A stretch of 36,026 bases of DNA, from positions 1 to 36,026 of the IMG/VR virus record IMGVR_UViG_3300011444_000017. One strand, written 5' to 3'. This DNA is from a virus (lineage: Duplodnaviria > Caudoviricetes). The notes under the pieces were generated by a model. That model saw only the letters and a list, made by a program, of their open reading frames with translations. It did no database searches and had not been told where the DNA came from. Position numbers and translations under genes: made by a program. Below are positions 7,547 through 15,296 of this stretch, piece by piece (within the stretch, counting starts at the first letter, position 1; the number at the start of each line of letters is the position of its first letter).

Positions 7547-7803
7547 GGCCGCTCGTGCTCAAGCTCGATCGCCCCTTCCGCGAAGGCCAGAGAGTAGTTC
7601 AGGTCCCGGACCCGACCGGCGAGACTTCGCCAGCGAAAGGCGTCTGGGTCGAGGACAGCACCGGCTTCCGACGCGCAGGCTTCGTAGTCGAGATCACGAT
7701 CAAGCGGATCGAAGTCCCGCGACCGAGGCTCCTCCGCTTCCTCCCCTCGCACGAGGAATTGGACCGGAGGGCGAAGGTGAAGTTCTCCGAGGCGATCCGA
7801 TGA
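7543..7803 (+). CDS. Small hypothetical protein (MRPLVLKLDRPF...)
   Basis: ATGA overlaps at both ends; C-terminal part of ORF 7276..7803. Confidence 0.7.
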   Translation: MRPLVLKLDRPFREGQRVVQVPDPTGETSPAKGVWVEDSTGFRRAGFVVEITIKRIEVPRPRLLRFLPSHEELDRRAKVKFSEAIR

Positions 7804-8873
7804 GCGCCGCCGGCCAGCTAGTCCGCGAGACGAGGATCGCTCGGACGACCGGCACGACCGTCGAGGTCGTCGATGCCGATCATCCCGACTGCACCGACTT
7901 CCAGAGCGACGAAGGGGGCCGCTGGGTAACGGTCTGCAAGGACCACGGCCAGTTCGTCCAACACGACACGTGGAAGATCGCGCGGAGGTTCCTCGGCCAC
8001 CCCGAGGAATGGTGCGGGAAATGTACGGAAGTCCTAGAGGAGAACGGCGGCCCAGTTGGCTACCGGACCGGCGCCGCTCATCAAAGCTGGACGGAGAGTC
8101 CGTCCTACTGGACTGTCCATCATTGGCTGAATCGAGAATATGAAAAGACGGCCTGCGAGGAGTGCGGTTCTACGAAGAGTCTGGACTGGGCGTTCATCGG
8201 AGAGCCTGGAGATTGGGGACGGGACCGGAGCCAATATCGCGTTCTCTGCCGATCCTGTCACGTAACGGAGGACAAAAGCAGAGCGCGTAATTCGTTCTCC
8301 GAGGAGGAGCGCGCCCGCGCCGCCCAGACGAGGCGCAAGAAGGCCGAGGAGCGCCGCGCCGCCCACGACGCCGAGGAGGAGCGGAAGCGCGCCGCAGCCG
8401 CGATCGACGACCAGTGGAGCGATTGGGTCATCGGCCAGCCGATGATCGAGTCCGTCTACGTCGGCGACGAGAAGGAGCGCCACCAGAAGGCCCACGACGA
8501 GATGCAGGAGGCGAAGGGGAAGGCGGCGACGGCGAAGCGCGCGCATCGCTCGGCCGAGGAGGCGATCGAAAACGTCACCGGCCTGAAGATCAAGAGCAAA
8601 CGCGAGGAGAAGAACTTGAAGCGGCTCGAAGGCGAGGCGACCGTCCTCGACGGCGAAGTCGTCGCGCAGGAAGACCGCACCCGCCTCGCCGAGGCCGAGA
8701 AGACGCGCCTCGCTCGGATCGCCTACGTCCGCGGGACCCTTCGCGCCGGGTGGAAGCTCCGGCTCGACCCGCCGACCCTCTCAAAGGACGGGGAGGCCCT
8801 ACTCATCCCCGGCGACTACCTCGAAACCGAGGACTACGCCCAGGCCAAGGGGGGGAGGCGACCCGATGAGTAG
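7800..8873 (+). CDS. Multidomain protein with an internal HNH-like (His-Me finger) domain and a coiled-coil C-terminus
   Basis: YWTVHHWL...CEECG...LDWA...YRVLCRSCH; N-terminal VCKDHG...HPEEWCGKC. Confidence 0.75.
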   Translation: MSAAGQLVRETRIARTTGTTVEVVDADHPDCTDFQSDEGGRWVTVCKDHGQFVQHDTWKIARRFLGHPEEWCGKCTEVLEENGGPVGYRTGAAHQSWTESPSYWTVHHWLNREYEKTACEECGSTKSLDWAFIGEPGDWGRDRSQYRVLCRSCHVTEDKSRARNSFSEEERARAAQTRRKKAEERRAAHDAEEERKRAAAAIDDQWSDWVIGQPMIESVYVGDEKERHQKAHDEMQEAKGKAATAKRAHRSAEEAIENVTGLKIKSKREEKNLKRLEGEATVLDGEVVAQEDRTRLAEAEKTRLARIAYVRGTLRAGWKLRLDPPTLSKDGEALLIPGDYLETEDYAQAKGGRRPDE

Positions 8874-9192
8874 GCCCCTAGTCGTCCGGATGCCCGGCCG
8901 GGTCTTCCGCCCGATCGCCGAGAAGGCGATGAAGCGAACCGAGCAGGCGATCGAGGTAGAACTCATCGGCGACCGCGATGCCCTCGCCTCGCTCGACCTC
9001 GACCTCTGCGACGCCATCGCCAAGGCTCGGCTCAAGGACGTAGGCGCGGGCTTCTCCGCCTTCGTCCAGACGGAAGGGAGAGAGCAGATCGAACGCCTCC
9101 TCGGCTGGATCGGCGACGACGACCCGCGCGACGTTCGCCTCTTCCGCGACACGATCCGGGAGAAGTTGAAGGCCCTCGACGCGCAGTCGTAG
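8866..9192 (+). CDS. Hypothetical protein
   Basis: GGAGG RBS, overlap with the upstream stop, typical codon usage. Confidence 0.75.
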   Translation: MSRPLVVRMPGRVFRPIAEKAMKRTEQAIEVELIGDRDALASLDLDLCDAIAKARLKDVGAGFSAFVQTEGREQIERLLGWIGDDDPRDVRLFRDTIREKLKALDAQS

Positions 9193-9216
9193 TTCGCCGA
9201 CCCCAGCGCCAGCGGT

Positions 9217-9230
9217 TACTCTCCCAGTCG
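9217..9230 (+). promoter_or_regulatory. Putative -10 element (TACTCT) for a near-leaderless transcript leading into the portal operon
   Basis: TAnnnT lies 8 nt before GTG 9231; no SD sequence upstream. Confidence 0.4.
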
Positions 9231-9641
9231 GTGAAGCTCTGCGCCCAATGCCCCGCTGCTGACCTCCTCGCGGGACCGCCGACCTCCGGGCCATCGGTCA
9301 TCTGCCGGGCGATGGTCCGGGATCGCCTCCAGACCGACCAGATCCTCCACGGCCTCTCGGCCTCCCCGCTGGTGACGTCGCGCAAAGACCCGAGCACCTT
9401 CTTCGGCTTCTGCTGCGGGACCGGCCTCCCACGGCTGGGCGAGGACATATCTCGGCCGCACGGCCACTACACCTTCTGTCCGGTCTGGGAAGCGGAGAAG
9501 AAGCGCATCTGGACGAACCGCGAACTGATGCGCGCCCCGCGGCGGCCGGGCCTCTCGCCGGCGGCCGAGGCGGCGTTGAGCGGGATCGAACAGGGCGACG
9601 CGATCGAGGAGTGGATGGCGGAGGATCGGGTCCGTGCCTAG
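9231..9641 (+). CDS. Cys-rich hypothetical protein immediately upstream of the portal
   Basis: CAQC, FCC and YTFCPVW motifs; overlaps the portal start. Confidence 0.7.
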   Translation: MKLCAQCPAADLLAGPPTSGPSVICRAMVRDRLQTDQILHGLSASPLVTSRKDPSTFFGFCCGTGLPRLGEDISRPHGHYTFCPVWEAEKKRIWTNRELMRAPRRPGLSPAAEAALSGIEQGDAIEEWMAEDRVRA

Positions 9642-12600
9642 CTTCCGCGAGCGGATCGAAGAGATGGCCGGAGTCGCGGTCCGCCCCTACGAGGACACGC
9701 GAGTCCAAGAGACGAGCTTCCAGAACCTCGCGGCGTTCGCCGACGAAGCAGAGGACCTGGCGATCCAGACCCTCGGCTACCTGGAGGGCCGCCCGCACGA
9801 GGTGACGGCGAACCGGCGCCGGGAACTTTCCCAGCGCTCGCGGGTCGCCTACATCAAGGACCCGCTCGCCGGGGCGGAGGGGGAGATGCGGGCGAACTTC
9901 GCCTTCGGCCGCGGCGTCTCGAAGCCGACCGCGAAGGACCCGGAGGTCCAGAAGGTCATCGACCGCTTCTGGACCGACCCGGTGAATCAGAAGAAGCTGA
10001 CCTCGTTTGAAGCGCAAAGGCTTCGCTCCAACGACCTGCTGACGCAGGGCAACCTCTTCTGCGGCTACTTCGACCACAGCGGCTCCATCCGAGTCGCCTT
10101 CCTCGACGCCGATCTCGTCACCGACGTAGTGGTGAGCGACGAGGACGACGAGCTGCCGCTTTGGTACGCGGTCCGGAAGAAGAAGCGCGAATGGGACTAC
10201 AACCGCGACGGCGAAAAGCCGGTCCCCTTCGAGATCGGCAGCGACGGCCTCGCTCGCACCTGGTACTACCGGCACTGGCGGAACGTGGACGTGGCCGAAG
10301 CCGACGCGACCGATCGAGGCGAATCCTTCGAGGAGAGGCCGCCCGACTCGAAGATCGCCGACGGGCGCATCGAGCACTTCCGGGTCAACCGAGTCGGCCG
10401 GACCCAGTTCGGCGTCCCGCCCTGGGCTCGGGTCCTCCGCTACTTCTGTCACGACCTCGAAACGGAGACGCTGACGACGGAAGGATGGATGAAGCTCCCC
10501 GAGTTGAAACGGCGATGGGAGTCTGGGACGTTGCCGCCGGTGGCCGGTTGTAGAAACGGCGAGATGGTCTTCGAGCCTGCCGAGGCGATGAACGTGCAGG
10601 ACTATCGGGGCGAGTTGATGCAGTTCAAGACGAAGCGCGGGTTTGATTTTCTAGTGACGCCCAATCATCGGATGCTGACGGAGCGAGGTCACGTAGAGGC
10701 GGTCGAGTTGGAGTCGGGTCAGCGATTGGCAGCTCCGCTGGTGGCGCCCGTAGAGGATCGGCCTCGGGTTGAGGAGTTCACGCTGCCCGCAGCGACTGCA
10801 AAGCGGCCTATGCGCGCCGATTCAAAGATGTTGCGAAGAGGAGAACATAGGCGCGATCAGGTGATGGCTCTGGTAGAGGCGGGGAAGTCGAACCGAGAGA
10901 TCGCCGATTCCTTGGATGTGACGATCCAATATGCGTGGCAGATCCGAAAGCGCAGGGGAGAACGAGCGCCGCATCCCCCGATGATGCTCCCCGAGAAGGC
11001 GTTGTCGATGGATGCGTGGCTGGCATGGTTGGGCTGGTGGGTTAGCGAGGGAGACACGCGCTGCAGTTTGTCGCAGGAGTTAACGTCGGATCGTCTCTCC
11101 GCCGTTCAGAAGGCTTGCGCTGATCTCGAAGCGGCGGGGATCGAAGGGATTGCTTCGGCGACTGAATCGACTTGGCGCTGGAAGCCGCGCCGCCCTCGCC
11201 AGATCCTCTGTTGGCTGCGGGAGAACACCGATGTCGGTTCCTACGCAAAGAAATTGCCGTCTTTCGTTTTTGATCTGCCGCGCTCTCAGCAGATGATTTT
11301 GCTCCGAGCGCTAATGGGCGGCGACGGAACTCCGACCGAGTGGGAGGCGGAGGGATACGGCCGCTACGCGACTGTCTCAGAGCAGCTCGCCGAAGACATT
11401 CAGAGGCTCGCCACGCTATGCGGTTTTCGGTCGCTCGTCTCTCGGTCGATCGAGGGTCGATCTCGACCGATCTTCCAGGTGAGCATCAACGAGGTCGGCA
11501 AGCGCCTGCTTCCCCGGCCGGTCCGAGTTCCCTATTCCGGCGAGGTCTATTGCTTCACGACGCCGAGCGGGAATCTGGTAACTCGTCGGAACGGCGTTAT
11601 CGGAATCTCCGGTAACTCTGCCATGAACCAGTTCAACGAGGCGCGCGTCTCGATGGCCCAGGCCGCCGCGTCGATCATCGCCAAGCGCGTGATCCGGGGC
11701 GGTCCCAAAGGCGTCGTGAAGGCGGCGAGCAACGTCCTCTCGCAGGCGGGCGAGCTGGCCCAGGCTCGCTTCCGCCGCCGCCCCGACGAGATCGCCCCGA
11801 CCGGACCGGGCACCAACCCGAGCCGGGGATTCGCCCCGCCGCCGCCCGGCTCGATCTGGACCGAGAACGAATCCGACTCGCTCCAGGCGATGAACCTGAA
11901 CTCCGGCGGCCCGGCCGCCGCCGCCGACCAGCAGATCCTGATGGCCCCAATCGCGGCCGCCTCTCAGTTCGGAACCCACTACTTCGGCAACCTGAACGAC
12001 GCCGGGCTCGCCTCGGCGACGACGGTGGAGCTGCCGACGCTGATGAACGTCTCGTCCTGGCAGGAGCTGTTCGAGCAGATCCTCCGCTTCTACACCAACC
12101 GCTCGATTCAGGCCGCCGTCCGCGCTGGGCACCTCGGCGGCATCATCTCCGAGAGCGAAGAAGACGACGGGCGCCCGCTGAACGAACTGGTCTACGAGGA
12201 GGACCGCGAGGAGATGGAAAAGCGGACGGGCAAGGACCTGTCCTACTCCTTCTCGATGCCCTACCCCGGACGCCGCAATCTTCCCGACGTCATCAACACG
12301 GTGGCGACCGCCGTTGAGGCGTACGACCCCGAAGGCCGGAATCCCTGGCTCCGCCGCTACTTCATGGAATTCCTGCTGCAGACGCTCGAAGTCGAAGACC
12401 CGGCCGCCGCCCTCGACCTCTTCCTCAAACTCCCCGAGGGGATGGACGAGGCGCCGCCCGAGCTGGCGCTCGAAGCCTTCGCGCAGATGATGGAACCGAC
12501 CGAACCGAATCCCGATGGGACCCCGGACGGCGGGACGGTTCCGCCTCGGGTTCCCCGCGGCGGGAAGCCGAGCGAAAAGCAGAGCCAGAACGGAGAGCGC

Positions 12601-12810
12601 CGAGCCTCGACCCCCCCGAAGCGCGAGATGGGCGGCAAAGGCGGCGGCGAAGTCCAGGAAGAGCTGATCGAGGATGCGGCCGACGGCCTCGCCCGCGCTC
12701 TCGCCGCCGACGCCGACGCCGAGTTCGATCGACTCCTCGCCGACCCGGCCGCGTTCCTCGGAGGCCGAGCCCCCGCCGGGAAGGCGGAGCTGAATGGCCA
12801 CGCGGCGTAA
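9634..12810 (+). CDS. Phage portal protein containing an intein
   Basis: First large gene of the head module; portal-like N-extein (YIKDPLA...NFAFGRGV...VQKVIDRFWTDPVN...GNLF); 668 aa after removing the intein. Confidence 0.85.
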   Translation: MPSFRERIEEMAGVAVRPYEDTRVQETSFQNLAAFADEAEDLAIQTLGYLEGRPHEVTANRRRELSQRSRVAYIKDPLAGAEGEMRANFAFGRGVSKPTAKDPEVQKVIDRFWTDPVNQKKLTSFEAQRLRSNDLLTQGNLFCGYFDHSGSIRVAFLDADLVTDVVVSDEDDELPLWYAVRKKKREWDYNRDGEKPVPFEIGSDGLARTWYYRHWRNVDVAEADATDRGESFEERPPDSKIADGRIEHFRVNRVGRTQFGVPPWARVLRYFCHDLETETLTTEGWMKLPELKRRWESGTLPPVAGCRNGEMVFEPAEAMNVQDYRGELMQFKTKRGFDFLVTPNHRMLTERGHVEAVELESGQRLAAPLVAPVEDRPRVEEFTLPAATAKRPMRADSKMLRRGEHRRDQVMALVEAGKSNREIADSLDVTIQYAWQIRKRRGERAPHPPMMLPEKALSMDAWLAWLGWWVSEGDTRCSLSQELTSDRLSAVQKACADLEAAGIEGIASATESTWRWKPRRPRQILCWLRENTDVGSYAKKLPSFVFDLPRSQQMILLRALMGGDGTPTEWEAEGYGRYATVSEQLAEDIQRLATLCGFRSLVSRSIEGRSRPIFQVSINEVGKRLLPRPVRVPYSGEVYCFTTPSGNLVTRRNGVIGISGNSAMNQFNEARVSMAQAAASIIAKRVIRGGPKGVVKAASNVLSQAGELAQARFRRRPDEIAPTGPGTNPSRGFAPPPPGSIWTENESDSLQAMNLNSGGPAAAADQQILMAPIAAASQFGTHYFGNLNDAGLASATTVELPTLMNVSSWQELFEQILRFYTNRSIQAAVRAGHLGGIISESEEDDGRPLNELVYEEDREEMEKRTGKDLSYSFSMPYPGRRNLPDVINTVATAVEAYDPEGRNPWLRRYFMEFLLQTLEVEDPAAALDLFLKLPEGMDEAPPELALEAFAQMMEPTEPNPDGTPDGGTVPPRVPRGGKPSEKQSQNGERRASTPPKREMGGKGGGEVQEELIEDAADGLARALAADADAEFDRLLADPAAFLGGRAPAGKAELNGHAA
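10447..11616 (+). mobile_element. Intein (390 aa) with a LAGLIDADG homing endonuclease and an HTH insertion
   Basis: YF|CHDLETETLTTEGW (block A), VTPNHRM (block B), WLGWWVSEG and LRALMGGDG (LAGLIDADG), YSGEVYCFTTPSGNLVTRRNG (block F), ISGN|S C-terminal junction; visibly lower GC than the flanks. Confidence 0.93.
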
Positions 12811-13720
12811 GCCGGTCCGAGCGCCCGCTCCCGTACCTCCCGTTGAACCGAGTGGCACCGCGAGCCTCGCGCTCGGCCTCGGCGCGGGCGGCGCGACCTT
12901 CGGCTCCGGCTCTGCCGCCGCGGCGATGCTCGGCATGGCGGCCGCGACCTCCGCGTCGAAGCAGCTCGTCGAACGCTCGGTCGCCGCGCTCGGAGCGACC
13001 CTCCGCCGCATCGCGATCCTCCGCCTCGCCCGCCAGCGGGAAGCGCTCCAAAGGGCCGGGTATGGCGAGGACGTGATCGCCGGCGCGCTGAAGCGCGAGA
13101 CGGAGCTGGAGGCGATCTTCCAACGGCGCTCGGCCGAGAGGATGAAAGCGGCGCTCGATCTCGCCTTCCGCGCCCCCGACGCCTCCGCTAGGGCGGCCGC
13201 GATCCAAGCGGCGACTCGGCGCGAGCAGAACTTCGCCCGGCAACGAGCGCTCGCCTCTGGCGCTCGCCTCTTCGCCGCGGTCGAGCGGGCGGCGCTCGAA
13301 GGTCAGTCACCCTCCGGCGCGTTCTGGATACTGGGTCAAGCCGCCGAACACACGCCGGACTGCGAAGCGATGGCCGGGAAGTTCTGGCCATGGGAGGTCT
13401 TGCGCGTCATCCACCCGCTCCTCCACCCCGGCTGCAAGTGCAAGCTCCTCTCCTACGGCGAAGCGCTCGCCGCGGGGCTGTTGAAGCCGGGGGCGATCCT
13501 CTCGCTGGACGAAGCCCGCCGGATGGCCGAGCCCGTGATCGCCTACGTCCAACGGGAGCACGCCCAAGAGAACGAAGCGCTCGCGGAGCTGCTGGTGCGC
13601 CGCGAACTCGCGCTCGTCGAGGGCGCGGACCTCGACTTCCTCGCGGCCGCGCCGCTGGCGGTCGATGAGGAGATCGAACCCGAGGAGGACGAACCCGAGC
13701 CCGAGCCGGAGGAGGAGTAG
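12794..13720 (+). CDS. Head morphogenesis protein, MuF/SPP1 gp7-like
   Basis: Follows the portal; HTPDC...HPLLHPGCKCKL matches the PxHPxCRC motif. Confidence 0.8.
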   Translation: MATRRKPVRAPAPVPPVEPSGTASLALGLGAGGATFGSGSAAAAMLGMAAATSASKQLVERSVAALGATLRRIAILRLARQREALQRAGYGEDVIAGALKRETELEAIFQRRSAERMKAALDLAFRAPDASARAAAIQAATRREQNFARQRALASGARLFAAVERAALEGQSPSGAFWILGQAAEHTPDCEAMAGKFWPWEVLRVIHPLLHPGCKCKLLSYGEALAAGLLKPGAILSLDEARRMAEPVIAYVQREHAQENEALAELLVRRELALVEGADLDFLAAAPLAVDEEIEPEEDEPEPEPEEE

Positions 13721-14103
13721 TGCCGGCGAAGGCGAAATATCCGTCACCGATCGAGCAACTGCGGCAGCTGGCCGAGGCCGCCCGCGTCGAAGGGAAAACG
13801 TTCCAGGAGTTCTGGGAGGCCGCCGTGCCGCCGCTCGTCCGGGTACCGCTGAAGTCGGGGGGGAAGATCGTCGGCTGGAAGACGGACGAACTCGGCGATC
13901 CGGTCGAACAACCGAAGACGCGCCTTCCCCGCGTGGACGACGACGAGGTGCCGCCCGGCTCGATCCGCTGGCCCCGCGATACCTTCGACCGCAACTGCTG
14001 GCACCGAGCGATCCTCAGCGGCGCAGAGGACTGGCGGCGGAGCTTCGAGGCCATCGACGCGAGCGCCGCCGACCGCTCGATGAGCGTGCTCGCCGAGGGA
14101 TAA
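13720..14103 (+). CDS. Hypothetical protein
   Basis: TAGTG overlap, GGAGGAG RBS. Confidence 0.75.
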   Translation: MPAKAKYPSPIEQLRQLAEAARVEGKTFQEFWEAAVPPLVRVPLKSGGKIVGWKTDELGDPVEQPKTRLPRVDDDEVPPGSIRWPRDTFDRNCWHRAILSGAEDWRRSFEAIDASAADRSMSVLAEG

Positions 14104-14125
14104 GGGATCACTTCCGGCATCGGGC

Positions 14126-14140
14126 TATGCTCCCCTCCCG
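14126..14140 (+). promoter_or_regulatory. Putative -10 element (TATGCT) for a near-leaderless transcript
   Basis: 9 nt before ATG 14141 with no SD; TCCGGC sits at the same offset as TCCGGG in the class B promoters. Confidence 0.45.
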
Positions 14141-15256
14141 ATGGCACCCGTCTCCGAGGTAGATAGCGCTCTCCTTCCTCCGCTGAAGAACAGCCCGACC
14201 AAGACGAACTGGTGGGAGAAGGTCGGCGGGCTCCCGGATCTGGTCACGCGAGTAGCCAAGCACTTGGTCTCTGAGCGGGCCTACACGGAGAGCCGCGCTA
14301 TCGCCACGGCGCTCTCCCAGGTCCGCAAGGTCTGCGCGACCGGCCGAACCTTTGGCGGCCGCACCCAGGTCCACGAGAGCACCAAAGCCGAGTACTGCAA
14401 AGCGGCGGCCGAGATCGAGACGAAGCGCGCGGCGGCGAAAGCCGACAACGCGGTGAAAGAGATCGAGATGAGCGAGCGCGACGCCGCCTCTCTCGCTTTC
14501 GCCGCCTCGGCGAAGCTCGGCGTCCTCGCCGAGGAGTTGGGGCCGGAGTTCATCGTCGGCGCGATCCGCGAGCGCGAATTCAGCCAGCCTCGGCGGAAGA
14601 AGCTCGCCGGCAAGGGCGTCGCGCTGCCGGACGGCTCCTTCCCGATCGAAACCGTCGGCGATCTCAAGAACGCGATCCGCGCCATCGGCCGTGCCGCGAA
14701 GGGGAAGCGCTCTGCGGTCTGGGCGCACATCAGGAAGCGGGCGAAAGCCCTCGGCGCCTCGAAGCTCGTGCCGACGAACACGGCGATGGCCGAGGCGATC
14801 TCGGAGGAGATCATCGCGCTGAACGCGATCCTGGAGGTCTTCGGCGACGTAGACGGCGGGGTCGAGGAGACGTTCGTGATCCCGAGCCTCGGGAAGCTCC
14901 GCCAGACGGTCCGAGCGAACCGCCGTGCCGACGCCTCCAAATCGAAATCCAAAACGTCGTCCGGCCGTAAACGAGCGCCGGCGGGCTCGCCGATCGGCGG
15001 CCAGTTCATCAGGACCGGCGCGACCGGCCCCGTCGTCACCGGCATCCAGAAACGGCTGGGCATCCACACGACCGGCACCTTCGGCGGCAAGACGAAGACC
15101 GCCATCGAAACCTTCCAGAAGAAACACGGCCTGACCGTGGACGGGATCATCGGGCGACAGACGGCGACCTCCCTCCTCTCCGGCGGGAAGAAGAAGATCG
15201 CGGTGGGCTCGCTGACGACCGGCATCAAATCTCGGTTGAAGACCCGCTTCGGCTAG
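14141..15256 (+). CDS. Multidomain head-region protein with a DUF6582-like domain and a C-terminal peptidoglycan-binding domain
   Basis: ALPDGSFPIETVGDLKNAIRAIGRA...HIRKRAKALG; VTGIQKRLG...GTFGGKTKTAIETFQKKHGLTVDGIIGRQT (PG_binding_1 pattern). Confidence 0.8.
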   Translation: MAPVSEVDSALLPPLKNSPTKTNWWEKVGGLPDLVTRVAKHLVSERAYTESRAIATALSQVRKVCATGRTFGGRTQVHESTKAEYCKAAAEIETKRAAAKADNAVKEIEMSERDAASLAFAASAKLGVLAEELGPEFIVGAIREREFSQPRRKKLAGKGVALPDGSFPIETVGDLKNAIRAIGRAAKGKRSAVWAHIRKRAKALGASKLVPTNTAMAEAISEEIIALNAILEVFGDVDGGVEETFVIPSLGKLRQTVRANRRADASKSKSKTSSGRKRAPAGSPIGGQFIRTGATGPVVTGIQKRLGIHTTGTFGGKTKTAIETFQKKHGLTVDGIIGRQTATSLLSGGKKKIAVGSLTTGIKSRLKTRFG

Positions 15257-15258
15257 CG

Positions 15259-15296
15259 CTGCGGTCCTCCATCCGGGACCGTCCTAGACTCCTCAC
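15259..15296 (+). promoter_or_regulatory. Class B (late-type) promoter, leaderless
   Basis: CTGCGGT-N19-TAGACT; GTG start 6 nt downstream, no SD. Confidence 0.7.
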
